Source: Candidatus Binatia bacterium
GTDB lineage: Bacteria; Desulfobacterota; Binatia; UBA9968; JAJDTQ01
DNA: 64,000 bases
NCBI GenBank assembly: GCA_963666515.2
Contig: OY762897.2
Span: forward strand, 864,001-928,000
Reading direction: 5' to 3'
A program made the translations under genes and the position numbers. Below the pieces are notes generated by a model that saw only the letters and a list, made by a program, of their open reading frames with translations, was not told where the DNA came from and ran no database searches. Positions 40,950 through 49,499 of this stretch are shown in pieces; the first letter of the stretch is position 1; every line of letters starts with the position of its first letter.

Positions 40950-41144
40950 ATGTTTGGCCTCGGTATATGGGAACTGCTGATCATCCTGGTGATCATTCTC
41001 GTGCTCTTCAGTCGCAGGCTTCCGGAGCTCGGCCAGGGGCTCGGCAAGGGGATCAAGGGTTTCCGCAAGTCCCTGAACGAGCCGGACGAGATCGACGTAA
41101 CCGCCTCCGACAAGGGCGAAGGCGAGGGGTCCAAAAAGGAATGA
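40950..41144 (+). CDS. tatA: Twin-arginine translocase TatA/E
   Basis: MFGLG..EL.II...LF...LPE.G..LGKGI..FRK. Confidence 0.92.
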   Translation: MFGLGIWELLIILVIILVLFSRRLPELGQGLGKGIKGFRKSLNEPDEIDVTASDKGEGEGSKKE

Positions 41145-41163
41145 GCGGAGGGCCGGCGCGGGA

Positions 41164-42198
41164 CTACGCGGCGGCTTCCGCGGAGAGAACCCGGCAACTG
41201 AAGGATTCCACCGCCGCCTCCGGCTTGGGAAAGACGATCGTGAAGCTCGCCGATTCGTTGGCGGGAATCCGGTAGGCGCTCTGGGGCTTGAGGCTCTGCA
41301 GCAGCTCGATCTCCCGAAACGTCATGTCCTGAATGATCCTGGCCGAGATCGCGTTCCCTACGAACGTGACCTGCCGGCCCACCTCCTTGCCTTCCGCATC
41401 GAAGAGGCGAGCCTCGATACGGACGCCGTGGACGCTCCGGTCGTTGCGGTTCACCAGCTTGCCGGAAACGACGAACACCTCCGTCTGGTTCATCACCGGC
41501 TGCACTCCCGACGCCAGCGACTCGAACACCAGGGTCTTCTTGAAGTGCCGGTTGTCGAACAGGGCGCCGCCGTACCACGGGATTCGTTGCAGCAGTGAAT
41601 CCAGCGGTTGCGGGTTGACCTGGTAGATCAGCGTCACCAGAACGAAGGCGGACACCGCCAGGGCCACGACGCTCACCACCGGTACGAAGGAACCCCTGGA
41701 CGAGGTCCGCACGGGCGGCGGCGGCTCGGCCTCCTGCCTGGGCGGGATCAGGAAATCATCGTCAATCTCGAAGTCGGGCTGCGAAAGCCGGGCGTCGTCA
41801 TTGTCTTGGGCCGTTGCCGTCTCGCCCGCTTCATGGGTTGCCGGCTCGGCTTCGGCGTCCGGCAACTTCAGAACCCCCTGGCCCGTTTCGAGGTCCGGCG
41901 GCGCCGGCTCCTCCTCCAGGGCCGCGCTCTCGAGGGTATCCTCACGGTCTTGATCGGGCGGGTCCTCGCTCACAACGAAGGCGTCACCGGCATCCGGGTC
42001 GCCGCCGGCCGCACTCGTCTCGGGTGCCGGGTCGCCGGCGTCGGGGTTCAGGTCGGGGTCCGCGTCCTGCAACTGCAGGCGCACCTCGAAGGTGAAAACG
42101 TGCTTGCAGCGCGAGCAACGGAAAGTGGGGTTGGGCGCGTCGAAAACGCTGCCGTCCACCTTGTAGGTCGTGGAACAGCTTGGACAGCGGATGATCAT
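41164..42198 (-). CDS. Zinc-ribbon (MJ0042-type) / DUF3426 membrane protein
   Basis: N-terminal CPSC...RCSRC, acidic linker, a single TM helix and a beta-rich C-terminal domain. Confidence 0.85.
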   Translation of the reverse strand: MIIRCPSCSTTYKVDGSVFDAPNPTFRCSRCKHVFTFEVRLQLQDADPDLNPDAGDPAPETSAAGGDPDAGDAFVVSEDPPDQDREDTLESAALEEEPAPPDLETGQGVLKLPDAEAEPATHEAGETATAQDNDDARLSQPDFEIDDDFLIPPRQEAEPPPPVRTSSRGSFVPVVSVVALAVSAFVLVTLIYQVNPQPLDSLLQRIPWYGGALFDNRHFKKTLVFESLASGVQPVMNQTEVFVVSGKLVNRNDRSVHGVRIEARLFDAEGKEVGRQVTFVGNAISARIIQDMTFREIELLQSLKPQSAYRIPANESASFTIVFPKPEAAVESFSCRVLSAEAAA

Positions 42199-42211
42199 CG
42201 TCGTAGAAGTT

Positions 42212-43210
42212 CTATATCGAGAAGTTCCGGTCGCCGACGTCGAGGTTTTCCTGCCATGCGGTCCAGAGGTTCGTCGTCATGTACCGGCTGCCGAAGTCGG
42301 GGAACACCGTGACCACGGTGCCGTGAGATAACCGGCGGGCGACCTGCAATGCCGCGTGCATGGCGGCGCCCGAAGACTGGCCCACCAGCAGCCCTTCTTC
42401 CCGGCCCAGGCGGTAGACCATGTCGTAGCCGTCCTCGGTGGACACGGGGATTTTAAGGTCCAGCTCCTCTTCGTGATAGATCCCGGGGACGATGGAGCTG
42501 GCCATGTGCTTCAGCCCCTCCAGCCCGTGCAGCGCCGCATCCGGCTCCGCGGCGATGACCCGGATCCCGGGGTTCCGTTCCTTCAGGTAGCGCCCGGTGC
42601 CCATGACGGTGCCGCCGGTGCCGATCCCGGCCACGAAGTGGGTGACGCTCCCCTCGGTTTGCCGATAGATTTCCGGGCCCGTGGTCTCGTAGTGGGCCTG
42701 GCTGTTCATGGGGTTGAAGTACTGGTCGGGCTTGAAATAGGCTTCCGGGTCTTCGGCGACGATCTCGCGGCAGAGTCGGATGGCCCCGTCGGAGCCTTCC
42801 ATCGGATCGCTGTACACGGTCTCCGCGCCGAAGAACCGGATGATGCCCTTGCGTTCCTCGCTGACGTTGGCCGGCAGCACTAGGCGCACCGGGTAGCCCA
42901 GCGCCGCGCCGATCATGGCGACGGCGATGCCGGTGTTCCCCGAGGTCGAATCGATGATGGTCCGGCCCGGTCGAAGCCGGCCCGTGCGGATCGCCTCCCG
43001 GATCATCCTCAGCGCCGGCCGGTCCTTCACCGAGCCGCCGGGATTGAAGCCTTCGAGCTTGGCCAGGACCCTTACGGCCGGTGAAAGGCCACGGGTGACG
43101 TTGCTGATCTCCAGCAGCGGCGTATTGCCGATAAGCTCGGTAACGGCTTCGGCTTTCCCGGGAGCGCGCGCCGCGGCCGGCGGCGCCGGTTTCCTCAATG
43201 CGGCGAGCAT
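42212..43210 (-). CDS. PLP-dependent cysteine synthase family protein (CysM/CysK-like)
   Basis: KLE..NPGGSVKDR, TSGNTG, GTGGT, GQSSGA. Confidence 0.92.
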   Translation of the reverse strand: MLAALRKPAPPAAARAPGKAEAVTELIGNTPLLEISNVTRGLSPAVRVLAKLEGFNPGGSVKDRPALRMIREAIRTGRLRPGRTIIDSTSGNTGIAVAMIGAALGYPVRLVLPANVSEERKGIIRFFGAETVYSDPMEGSDGAIRLCREIVAEDPEAYFKPDQYFNPMNSQAHYETTGPEIYRQTEGSVTHFVAGIGTGGTVMGTGRYLKERNPGIRVIAAEPDAALHGLEGLKHMASSIVPGIYHEEELDLKIPVSTEDGYDMVYRLGREEGLLVGQSSGAAMHAALQVARRLSHGTVVTVFPDFGSRYMTTNLWTAWQENLDVGDRNFSI

Positions 43211-43218
43211 GGAACCGG

Positions 43219-43497
43219 CTACGCACCTCCGGCGATGGCCGGCACGATGGAGATGCTGTCGCCGTCCTTCAACGCGGTGTCCACGTTCTTGAGAAAGCGG
43301 ATGTCGTCCCCGTTCACGTAGACGTTCACGAACCGCCGGACCTTGCCGGCGTCGTCCATGACGCGCTCCTTGATGCCGGGGTGGTTCTGCTCCAGGTCCT
43401 CGAACATGGCCAGGATGGTGTCGCCGCTGGCATCGACCTCATCCGAGCCCTGGGTGAATTTTCGCAACGGTGTAGGGACGCGTACTCGAACACTCAT
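43219..43497 (-). CDS. Ubiquitin-like sulfur carrier protein (MoaD/ThiS/CysO family)
   Basis: V.VPTPLR, FVNVYVNG.DIRF and C-terminal PAIAGG-A. Confidence 0.93.
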   Translation of the reverse strand: MSVRVRVPTPLRKFTQGSDEVDASGDTILAMFEDLEQNHPGIKERVMDDAGKVRRFVNVYVNGDDIRFLKNVDTALKDGDSISIVPAIAGGA

Positions 43498-43606
43498 GAG
43501 AGACCTCCGTTCCGTATCAGGATAGACCCTGGACACGGGCTTTTCAACTTTTCGATGCGGGAGAGGCCTCGCGGCGGCCCTGCTACCCGCTCCGCCGGCG
43601 CCCCGG

Positions 43607-44872
43607 TCAGACTGCCTTTGCCTTCTCCTGCGGTTCCTGCGACAGCTCGCCGTACAGCGCGTCGAACGTGCCCAGGGCCGCGTCGATGCTGTAGGGCCGG
43701 TCGATGATGTGGGCCACGGTCTCCACGGTCTTGTAGCCGTTACCGGTGATGGAGATGACGATGGACTCGTCCCGCGGAATGCGGCCCTGCTCGATGAGCT
43801 TTTTCGTCACCGCCACCTCCGTGCCTCCCGCCGGCTCGGTGAAGATGCCCTCGGTGGACGCCAGCAGCCTGATGCCGTCGAGAATCTCGTCGTCCGTGAC
43901 GTTCTCGCCCCAGCCGCCGGACTCCTTGACGGTCTGGATCACGTAGTACCCGTCGGCCGGGTTGCCGATGGCGATGGAGGTGGCGATGGTGTCGGGCTTC
44001 ACCGGATCCACCACGTCGGTGCCCTTCTTCAGGGCGTCGATGATGGGCGAGCAGCCCGCGGCCTGGGCCGAGTAGATGGCGCAGGGCTCGTCCGGGTCCA
44101 CCAGCCCCACCTTCCGAAGCTCCTTGAACGCCTTGCCCAGCTTGGGAAGGATGGTCCCGCCCGCGGAGCCCACGACGATGTGGCGCGGCAGCTTCCAGCC
44201 GAGCTGTTCGGCCACCTCGAAGGCGTGGGTCTTGGCGCCCTCGGAGTAGTAGGGCCTGAGGTTCACGTTGACGAAGGCCCACTGGTACTTGTCGCCGATC
44301 TCGCTGCACAGGCGGTTCACGTCGTCGTAGGTCCCCTTGATGGCGACGGTGCGCGGGCCGTAGATGGCCGAGCCGACGATCTTCGCCTCCTCCAGCCCCT
44401 CGGGGATGAAGACGTAGCAGTTGAGCCCGGCGCTGGCGGCGTGGGCCGAGACCGAGTTGGCCAGATTGCCGGTGGAGGCGCACGACACGGTCTCGTAGCC
44501 GAACTCGACGGCCTTGGAGATGGCCACCGACACCACCCGGTCCTTGTAGGAGAAGGTCGGGTGGTTCACCGAGTCGTCCTTGAGGTACAGTTCGTCCACG
44601 CCCAGCGCCTCGCCCAGCCGGTGCGCCCGGATGAGCGGCGTGAACCCCGAGTAGAGGCCCACCCGGGGCTCACCCTCGATGGGCAGCATCTCGCGGTAGC
44701 GCCACAGGTTGCGCGCCCGGGAGGCGATTTTCTCCCGGCTGACGCTCTTGCGGATGCCGTCGTAGTCGTACTCCACCTCGAGCGGGCCGAAGCAGTCCTC
44801 GCACACGTGGAGGGGCGCGATGGGATACTCCCGCAGGCACTCCCGGCATTTCAGTCCCTGGACGAAGCTCAT
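43607..44872 (-). CDS. Threonine-synthase-like PLP enzyme (second paralog; candidate sulfur-carrier-dependent homocysteine synthase)
   Basis: N-terminal CxxC/CxxC, NHPTFSYKDR, CASTGNLA and ITGNG.K motifs; context between moeB and a sulfur carrier, downstream of SAM-I. Confidence 0.88.
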   Translation of the reverse strand: MSFVQGLKCRECLREYPIAPLHVCEDCFGPLEVEYDYDGIRKSVSREKIASRARNLWRYREMLPIEGEPRVGLYSGFTPLIRAHRLGEALGVDELYLKDDSVNHPTFSYKDRVVSVAISKAVEFGYETVSCASTGNLANSVSAHAASAGLNCYVFIPEGLEEAKIVGSAIYGPRTVAIKGTYDDVNRLCSEIGDKYQWAFVNVNLRPYYSEGAKTHAFEVAEQLGWKLPRHIVVGSAGGTILPKLGKAFKELRKVGLVDPDEPCAIYSAQAAGCSPIIDALKKGTDVVDPVKPDTIATSIAIGNPADGYYVIQTVKESGGWGENVTDDEILDGIRLLASTEGIFTEPAGGTEVAVTKKLIEQGRIPRDESIVISITGNGYKTVETVAHIIDRPYSIDAALGTFDALYGELSQEPQEKAKAV

Positions 44873-45657
44873 GCGTGACTCCTTTGGGAAGCCGGCGCCC
44901 CGACGAATGCGCCGCAGGCCTTGCAGCGGGGGTTGGGCGGCACCGGCACGTTGCGTATTTCCATGGTCTTGGCGTCGTAGGTCAGCAGGCGGTTCACCAG
45001 CAGGTGCTCCTCCAGGCCGACGATGTACTTGATGGCCTCGGTGGCCTGGATGGAGCCGATGGTTCCCGCCACCGCGCCCAGGATGCCCGCCTGCTGGCAG
45101 CCCAGCACCTCGCCCGGCGCCGGCGGCTCCTCGAACAGGCAGCGGTAGCAGGCGCTGTCGGGCGGCGTCACCGTCATGGTCTGGCCCTGCAGGCGGACGA
45201 TCCCCGCGTGGGAGAAGGGCTTGCCCAGGGAGACGGCCACGTCGTTAACCAGGAACTTGGTGTCGAAGTTGTCGCTGCCGTCGATGATGAAGTCGTAGGG
45301 CTCCATCAGCTCTGCGGCGTTGTCCCCGGTCAGGCGCACGTCGTGGACCTCCACGTCCACCTCGGCGTTGAGTTCGCGCAGCCGGGACCTGGCCGATTCC
45401 ACCTTGTGGCGTCCCCGGTCCGCGGTGGTGTGGAGGATCTGCCGCTGCAGGTTGGAAAGGTCCACCGTGTCGCCGTCCACGATGCCGAGCCGTCCGAGGC
45501 CGGCGGCGGCCAGATAGAACGCCGCGGGGCTGCCCAGGCCGCCGGCGCCCACCACCAGCACGCTCGCCTGCCGCAGGCGGATCTGCCCGCCGCCCCCGAT
45601 GTCGGGGACCATGATCTGGCGGCTGTACCGCTCGACTTGCTCAGGCGTAAGACGCAT
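44869..45657 (-). CDS. moeB: ThiF/MoeB/HesA family adenylyltransferase (no rhodanese domain)
   Basis: RYSRQI, GAGGLGSP, SNLQRQILH, DGSDNF.TK, CYRCLF and C-terminal CxxC. Confidence 0.92.
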   Translation of the reverse strand: MRLTPEQVERYSRQIMVPDIGGGGQIRLRQASVLVVGAGGLGSPAAFYLAAAGLGRLGIVDGDTVDLSNLQRQILHTTADRGRHKVESARSRLRELNAEVDVEVHDVRLTGDNAAELMEPYDFIIDGSDNFDTKFLVNDVAVSLGKPFSHAGIVRLQGQTMTVTPPDSACYRCLFEEPPAPGEVLGCQQAGILGAVAGTIGSIQATEAIKYIVGLEEHLLVNRLLTYDAKTMEIRNVPVPPNPRCKACGAFVGAPASQRSHA

Positions 45658-45697
45658 CGCCGTGTGCTCCGGGCGAAGATTCAACGACACTCAAACG

Positions 45698-45731
45698 AAA
45701 AAAAACCTCTTCCAAGATGAGAAGAGGTTTT
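45698..45731 (-). terminator. Intrinsic terminator (riboswitch expression platform)
   Basis: Minus strand AAAACCTCTTC-TCATCTTG-GAAGAGGTTTT continuing into an 8-T run, immediately after the aptamer. Confidence 0.85.
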
Positions 45732-45736
45732 CTCCT

Positions 45737-45842
45737 CACCTTATCTGTCCCTTGCGGGCCGGAATTAGCACCTGTGTCCCCTCCGGGAACACGGTTGCTG
45801 TGGCTTCGACGGGCCTGTCCCTCCACCACTCTGGATAAGGTG
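45737..45842 (-). ncRNA. SAM-I (S-box) riboswitch
   Basis: Minus strand CACCTTATCCAGAGTGGTGGAGGGACAGGCCCGTCGAAGCCACAGCAACC...GGTGCTAATTCC...CAGATAAGGTG matches the S-box consensus, with a 9-bp P1 (CACCTTATC/GATAAGGTG). Confidence 0.95.
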
Positions 45843-45945
45843 TCCAGTTCTTTGCAAGGATTCTACACGGTTTTTCCCGATTGCGCAATTTCCCTTGTGC
45901 TTCGCATGGAGGGGACCTGAAGGCCGCTCGCTGCTTCTCTCCAGT

Positions 45946-46965
45946 TTATTTGTCGGAGGCCGACAGACTATCCTTGAGGGCTTGAAACCGGGATTCGTCG
46001 AGCCCTGTCGCCGTTTCGATCACATCCCAGGCCACTCCCGCCCTCAACATACCTTCAACCGCCTTCAACGTGCCCTGCCGTTCCCCCTCTTCCCGACCTC
46101 CCCGCCAACCTTCCTGACGACCTTCCTGACGACCTTCCTGGCGGCCTTCCTGACGGCCTTCCTGGCGGCCTTCCTGTCTGCCTTCTTGCAGGAGTTGTTG
46201 GGCATACGACATGATCTCACCTCCTTGCTCTCGACCATGGCGCCGTAGCGCTTCACCGAACGCCTCCACCACCTCGCGCTCCTGGGTCGCCATCACATAC
46301 CTGATGAAGACCCTTACATAGTTCATCCCGCCTGCCATCGGCAACGACGATGCCAGCCGCGCCGCCTGCTCCAGAGCCTCCCGCAAATGGCGGTCGAACG
46401 CCGCCATCATCAACAACTGCGCCACGCGACCCCTCTCCCCGCCTCCCACTCCCCCGGGCTCCAGCCCCGTCGCGTCCAGCAGCAGGTGCTCGAACCGCGG
46501 CACCCACGGCCACCGCCGCAACCCCGCCGGGAACAGGTCCGCAAACTCCCTCGAATGCCGCCACCCGTCACGCCCCTGGTAGAATACCAACGGCACGATG
46601 GGACGTAACCCCGGCTCTCCCGTCGAAGTCTCTCCCTCCCGAAGACTCGCGTCCCATATCCGGCAGCAGTACTTCAGCAGCCGAAACCGCATCCACCCAT
46701 CCGGCGTCGATTGATGCTCCAGCAGCACGTACAGCCACACCCGCTCCCCACTCCCCGCGTGCTCCACCTCGTACAACAGGTCCGATTCGCTCTCCCGCAG
46801 GGTGTCGTCCAGGAACGTCCCCTCCAGCAGCGTCAGCGTCTCCCAGTCCAGTTCCTCCCGTAGCGCCGGCGGCAGAGCCGTCTGCATCAGACTCCCGGCC
46901 TCCGCAGCATCCGAGAACACCGCGCGAAACAGCTTGTCGTGGGGATTGCGGACTTCGTCGGCCAT
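45946..46965 (-). CDS. Rpn/YhgA-like recombination-promoting nuclease (PD-(D/E)xK)
   Basis: NPHDKLFR, ESDLLYEV, YVLLEHQS..D.WM..RLL.Y, P.VFY.G...W; C-terminal QEGR repeats. Confidence 0.93.
   Translation of the reverse strand: MADEVRNPHDKLFRAVFSDAAEAGSLMQTALPPALREELDWETLTLLEGTFLDDTLRESESDLLYEVEHAGSGERVWLYVLLEHQSTPDGWMRFRLLKYCCRIWDASLREGETSTGEPGLRPIVPLVFYQGRDGWRHSREFADLFPAGLRRWPWVPRFEHLLLDATGLEPGGVGGGERGRVAQLLMMAAFDRHLREALEQAARLASSLPMAGGMNYVRVFIRYVMATQEREVVEAFGEALRRHGREQGGEIMSYAQQLLQEGRQEGRQEGRQEGRQEGRQEGRQEGWRGGREEGERQGTLKAVEGMLRAGVAWDVIETATGLDESRFQALKDSLSASDK
46109..46188 (-). repeat. 12-bp tandem repeat encoding (QEGR)n in the Rpn C-terminus
   Basis: Six CCTTCCTGnnnn units plus a partial unit on the + strand. 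Confidence 0.9.
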
Positions 46966-46992
46966 CCCTTGTTCTCCACCTCTTCTCCACCT

Positions 46993-47214
46993 CTAGTCCA
47001 TGGAGCACGCTCCCGGTCCCCGCGGGTCGCCGCAGCTTCCGCAGGCGCCAGCCACGGGCATCGGATCGTCCCCGCCGCCGTTGACCGCGAACACCGAAAG
47101 CAGCCGCTCTAGCTGTTGGCTGTTGCAGGAAGGGCAGGCCGGGTTGGCGGCGCCCAGGACCAGATCCTCGAACTCGTGGCCGCAACCCTTGCACTGGAAT
47201 TCATATAGGGGCAT
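46993..47214 (-). CDS. FmdB-family zinc-ribbon protein
   Basis: MPLYEFQC..CG..FE...CPSC.S..LERLLS.F. Confidence 0.9.
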   Translation of the reverse strand: MPLYEFQCKGCGHEFEDLVLGAANPACPSCNSQQLERLLSVFAVNGGGDDPMPVAGACGSCGDPRGPGACSMD

Positions 47215-47303
47215 GACTGTTCTCCTTCCGCCGGCCCGATACGCCGCGCGTCACGTTGTAGCAGTATACTCTGCCGACAGCCGGTGTAAAACAAGGAGAG
47301 CCC

Positions 47304-48404
47304 ATGCTGTTCCTGAACAACGACGATGTAGCCCGCGTCATCGACATGCCGCTGTGCCTGGACTCCCTGGAGAGGCTCTTTCAGGAGTTGGCCAAGGGGG
47401 ACGCCGTAGGCATGGGGCGCATGGACATGTACGTGCCGTCGGAGCAGGAGGCCCCCTACCACCGCCTCGCTCTGATGGTCGGGGGCAGCCGGAACGACGG
47501 CTACGCGTGCATCCGCATCATCTCCGACATGGTGAGCTGGCCCCTGGTGCACGGCCACCGGAGGGAGAACAAGTACGCCCGCGAGCCCGGCACTTGGTGC
47601 GGCCTGCTGCTGCTCTTCAGCACCCGCGATGCCACTCCCGTGGCCATCATGAACGACGGCCGGCTCCAGCACGACCGCGTCGGCGCCGGGGCGGGACTCG
47701 GGGCCAAGTACCTGGCGCGGGAGGACAGCCATACCGTGGCGATGATCGGCTCCGGCGGCATGGCCCGGAGCTATCTCGACGCGCTCTGCCACGTGCGGCC
47801 CATCGACAGGGTCAAGGTCTTCAGCCTGAATCCGGCCAACGCGCGGCAGTATGCCGAGGAGATGAGGGCGCGGCACGAGATCGACGTGGAAGTGGCCCCG
47901 GACCCGCGGGCGGCGGTGCGCGGAGCCGACATCGTGTGCTGTTGCGCCTCGGCCATCGAGCCGGTGTTCTTCATCGACTGGCTGGAGCCGGGCATGACCG
48001 TCATCGACGTCAACCGCAACTCGGTGGAGCCGGGCTTCCTTCAAGCGGTGGACATCGCGGTCCGTCCCGGCGACGCCACGCCCTACCTGGAGAAGCTTCC
48101 GCCGGAGGCTTTCTACGCGCGGGGAGGCTACCTCGGCTACGTGGCGGGTCAGGAGGACGAGCGGGCGCTGGTGCCGCGGGTGAACCTGACGCCCGAAATC
48201 GTGGACATCTCCAAGCTGCCCGATCTCATGAGCGGCCGCATCCCGGGGCGGACCAGCCCGGAACAGACCACGTGGTTCATGAACATCGGCGCCATCGGCC
48301 CCCAGTTCTGCGCCGTCACCGCGGCCGTCTACGAACGCGCGCGCGAGCAGGGGCTCGGCCGGGAGATTCCCACCGACCTGTTCCTGGGGAATATCCGCGC
48401 CTGA
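47304..48404 (+). CDS. Ornithine cyclodeaminase / mu-crystallin family protein
   Basis: LF...D.TP.AI.NDG.LQH.RVGA, IGSGGMAR and GADIV motifs; AGGAG RBS. Confidence 0.88.
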   Translation: MLFLNNDDVARVIDMPLCLDSLERLFQELAKGDAVGMGRMDMYVPSEQEAPYHRLALMVGGSRNDGYACIRIISDMVSWPLVHGHRRENKYAREPGTWCGLLLLFSTRDATPVAIMNDGRLQHDRVGAGAGLGAKYLAREDSHTVAMIGSGGMARSYLDALCHVRPIDRVKVFSLNPANARQYAEEMRARHEIDVEVAPDPRAAVRGADIVCCCASAIEPVFFIDWLEPGMTVIDVNRNSVEPGFLQAVDIAVRPGDATPYLEKLPPEAFYARGGYLGYVAGQEDERALVPRVNLTPEIVDISKLPDLMSGRIPGRTSPEQTTWFMNIGAIGPQFCAVTAAVYERAREQGLGREIPTDLFLGNIRA

Positions 48405-48445
48405 CCGCCCGATTTCCGGCCATGCCGTTGCGCCCGCGGGTATGT

Positions 48446-48472
48446 CGTGCAGGGGCGGGTTCAGACCCGCCC
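48446..48472 (+). repeat. REP-like palindrome, GTAG/GCAG class (copy 1)
   Basis: CGTGCAGGGGCGGGTTCAGACCCGCCC between convergent genes; a similar copy lies at 50643-50670. Confidence 0.65.
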
Positions 48473-48502
48473 ACGCCCTCCCCTCGACGCGCGCGCGGAC
48501 GG

Positions 48503-49375
48503 CTACGAAGGCTTCGTCAAGGCGTCCTCCAGCTCCAGGAACTCGTCCATGCGCAGCACTTCGTGGTATTCCGCCAGCGACGCCATACGGTCCCGGCGGC
48601 TCCGGGTGGTCCCTTCCTGCCGCAGGGCGGCCAGGGCGTCGCTTACCGCCCTCACCAGGGTGTAACGGACGGTTCCCGGGAACAGCGCCAGCTTGTAGCC
48701 TTCCGCGGCCATTTCGGGAACCGTCAGGGCGGACGCGGGGATGGCTTCGTCCATGTTGACCACCAGGGGACCCGGGATGCCGTTGCGTATTTCACGGAGT
48801 TCATCGAGAGTGCCCGGCGCCTGCACGAAGATCGCATCGGCGCCGGCCTCGTGGTAGGCGCACCCGCGCCGGACGGCCTCGCCCAAGCCGCCCGAGGACC
48901 AAGCCAGGGTGCGCGCGACGATGACGGTGTCCGGGTCGGTTCGGGCTGCCGTGGCGGCGCGAACTTTCTCCACCATCTCGGTTGCGGGAACCAGCGGGTG
49001 TCCGCCTTCGAGCAAACCGCATCGCTTGGCCGGCGCCTGGTCCTCGATCTGGATCGCCGCCGCGCCCGCGCGCTCCAATGCCGCTACGGTCCGGTGCACC
49101 TGCAGCGGGCCGCCGAAGCCGGTGTCGGCGTCCACCACCAGGGGAATGCGCAGCACCCGGCAGATGTTCCCCACGTGCGCGATGAGCGCGTCGGCGGACA
49201 GGAAACCCAGGTCCGGAAGCCCCAGGATGCTGGCCGTGGCGGCGTTGCCGCCGAGCAGGGCAACGCGGAAACCGGCCCGCTCCGCGAGCAGCGCCGTCAA
49301 GGCGTCGTGAACGCCGGGCGCTGCAAGGCAGCCGTCCCCGGCCATTGCATCCCGCAACCGTGAGGCGCTAGTCAT
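48503..49375 (-). CDS. Isocitrate lyase/PEP mutase family enzyme (PrpB-like)
   Basis: G.PD.G, D.DTGFG, IEDQ...KRCG, ART, AGADAIF. Confidence 0.92.
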   Translation of the reverse strand: MTSASRLRDAMAGDGCLAAPGVHDALTALLAERAGFRVALLGGNAATASILGLPDLGFLSADALIAHVGNICRVLRIPLVVDADTGFGGPLQVHRTVAALERAGAAAIQIEDQAPAKRCGLLEGGHPLVPATEMVEKVRAATAARTDPDTVIVARTLAWSSGGLGEAVRRGCAYHEAGADAIFVQAPGTLDELREIRNGIPGPLVVNMDEAIPASALTVPEMAAEGYKLALFPGTVRYTLVRAVSDALAALRQEGTTRSRRDRMASLAEYHEVLRMDEFLELEDALTKPS

Positions 49376-49499
49376 GGTGTATCCTCCCTGACCGTTCGAC
49401 CAACCGGGTGGTTGTGGGTATCATTCAGTAGCCCGGGGCCGGCCGCAAGGCAACGCGTGGCCCCGGGAGGTTGAGCCGGGCGGCAGGCCGCCAAGTCCC

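Noticed and set aside
46109-46188. Short tandem repeats as a possible CRISPR array
   Set aside because: 12-bp units with no spacers, coding (QEGR)n in Rpn; no cas genes in the window.
46972-46993. 11-bp tandem duplication TTCTCCACCTC upstream of rpn
   Set aside because: Real, but the two copies are adjacent and do not flank the gene, so it is not evidence of Rpn transposition.
49428-49472. GC-rich hairpin upstream of the enolase-family gene as a riboswitch
   Set aside because: A single stem (CCCGGGGCC/GGCCCCGGG) with no recognisable aptamer consensus.
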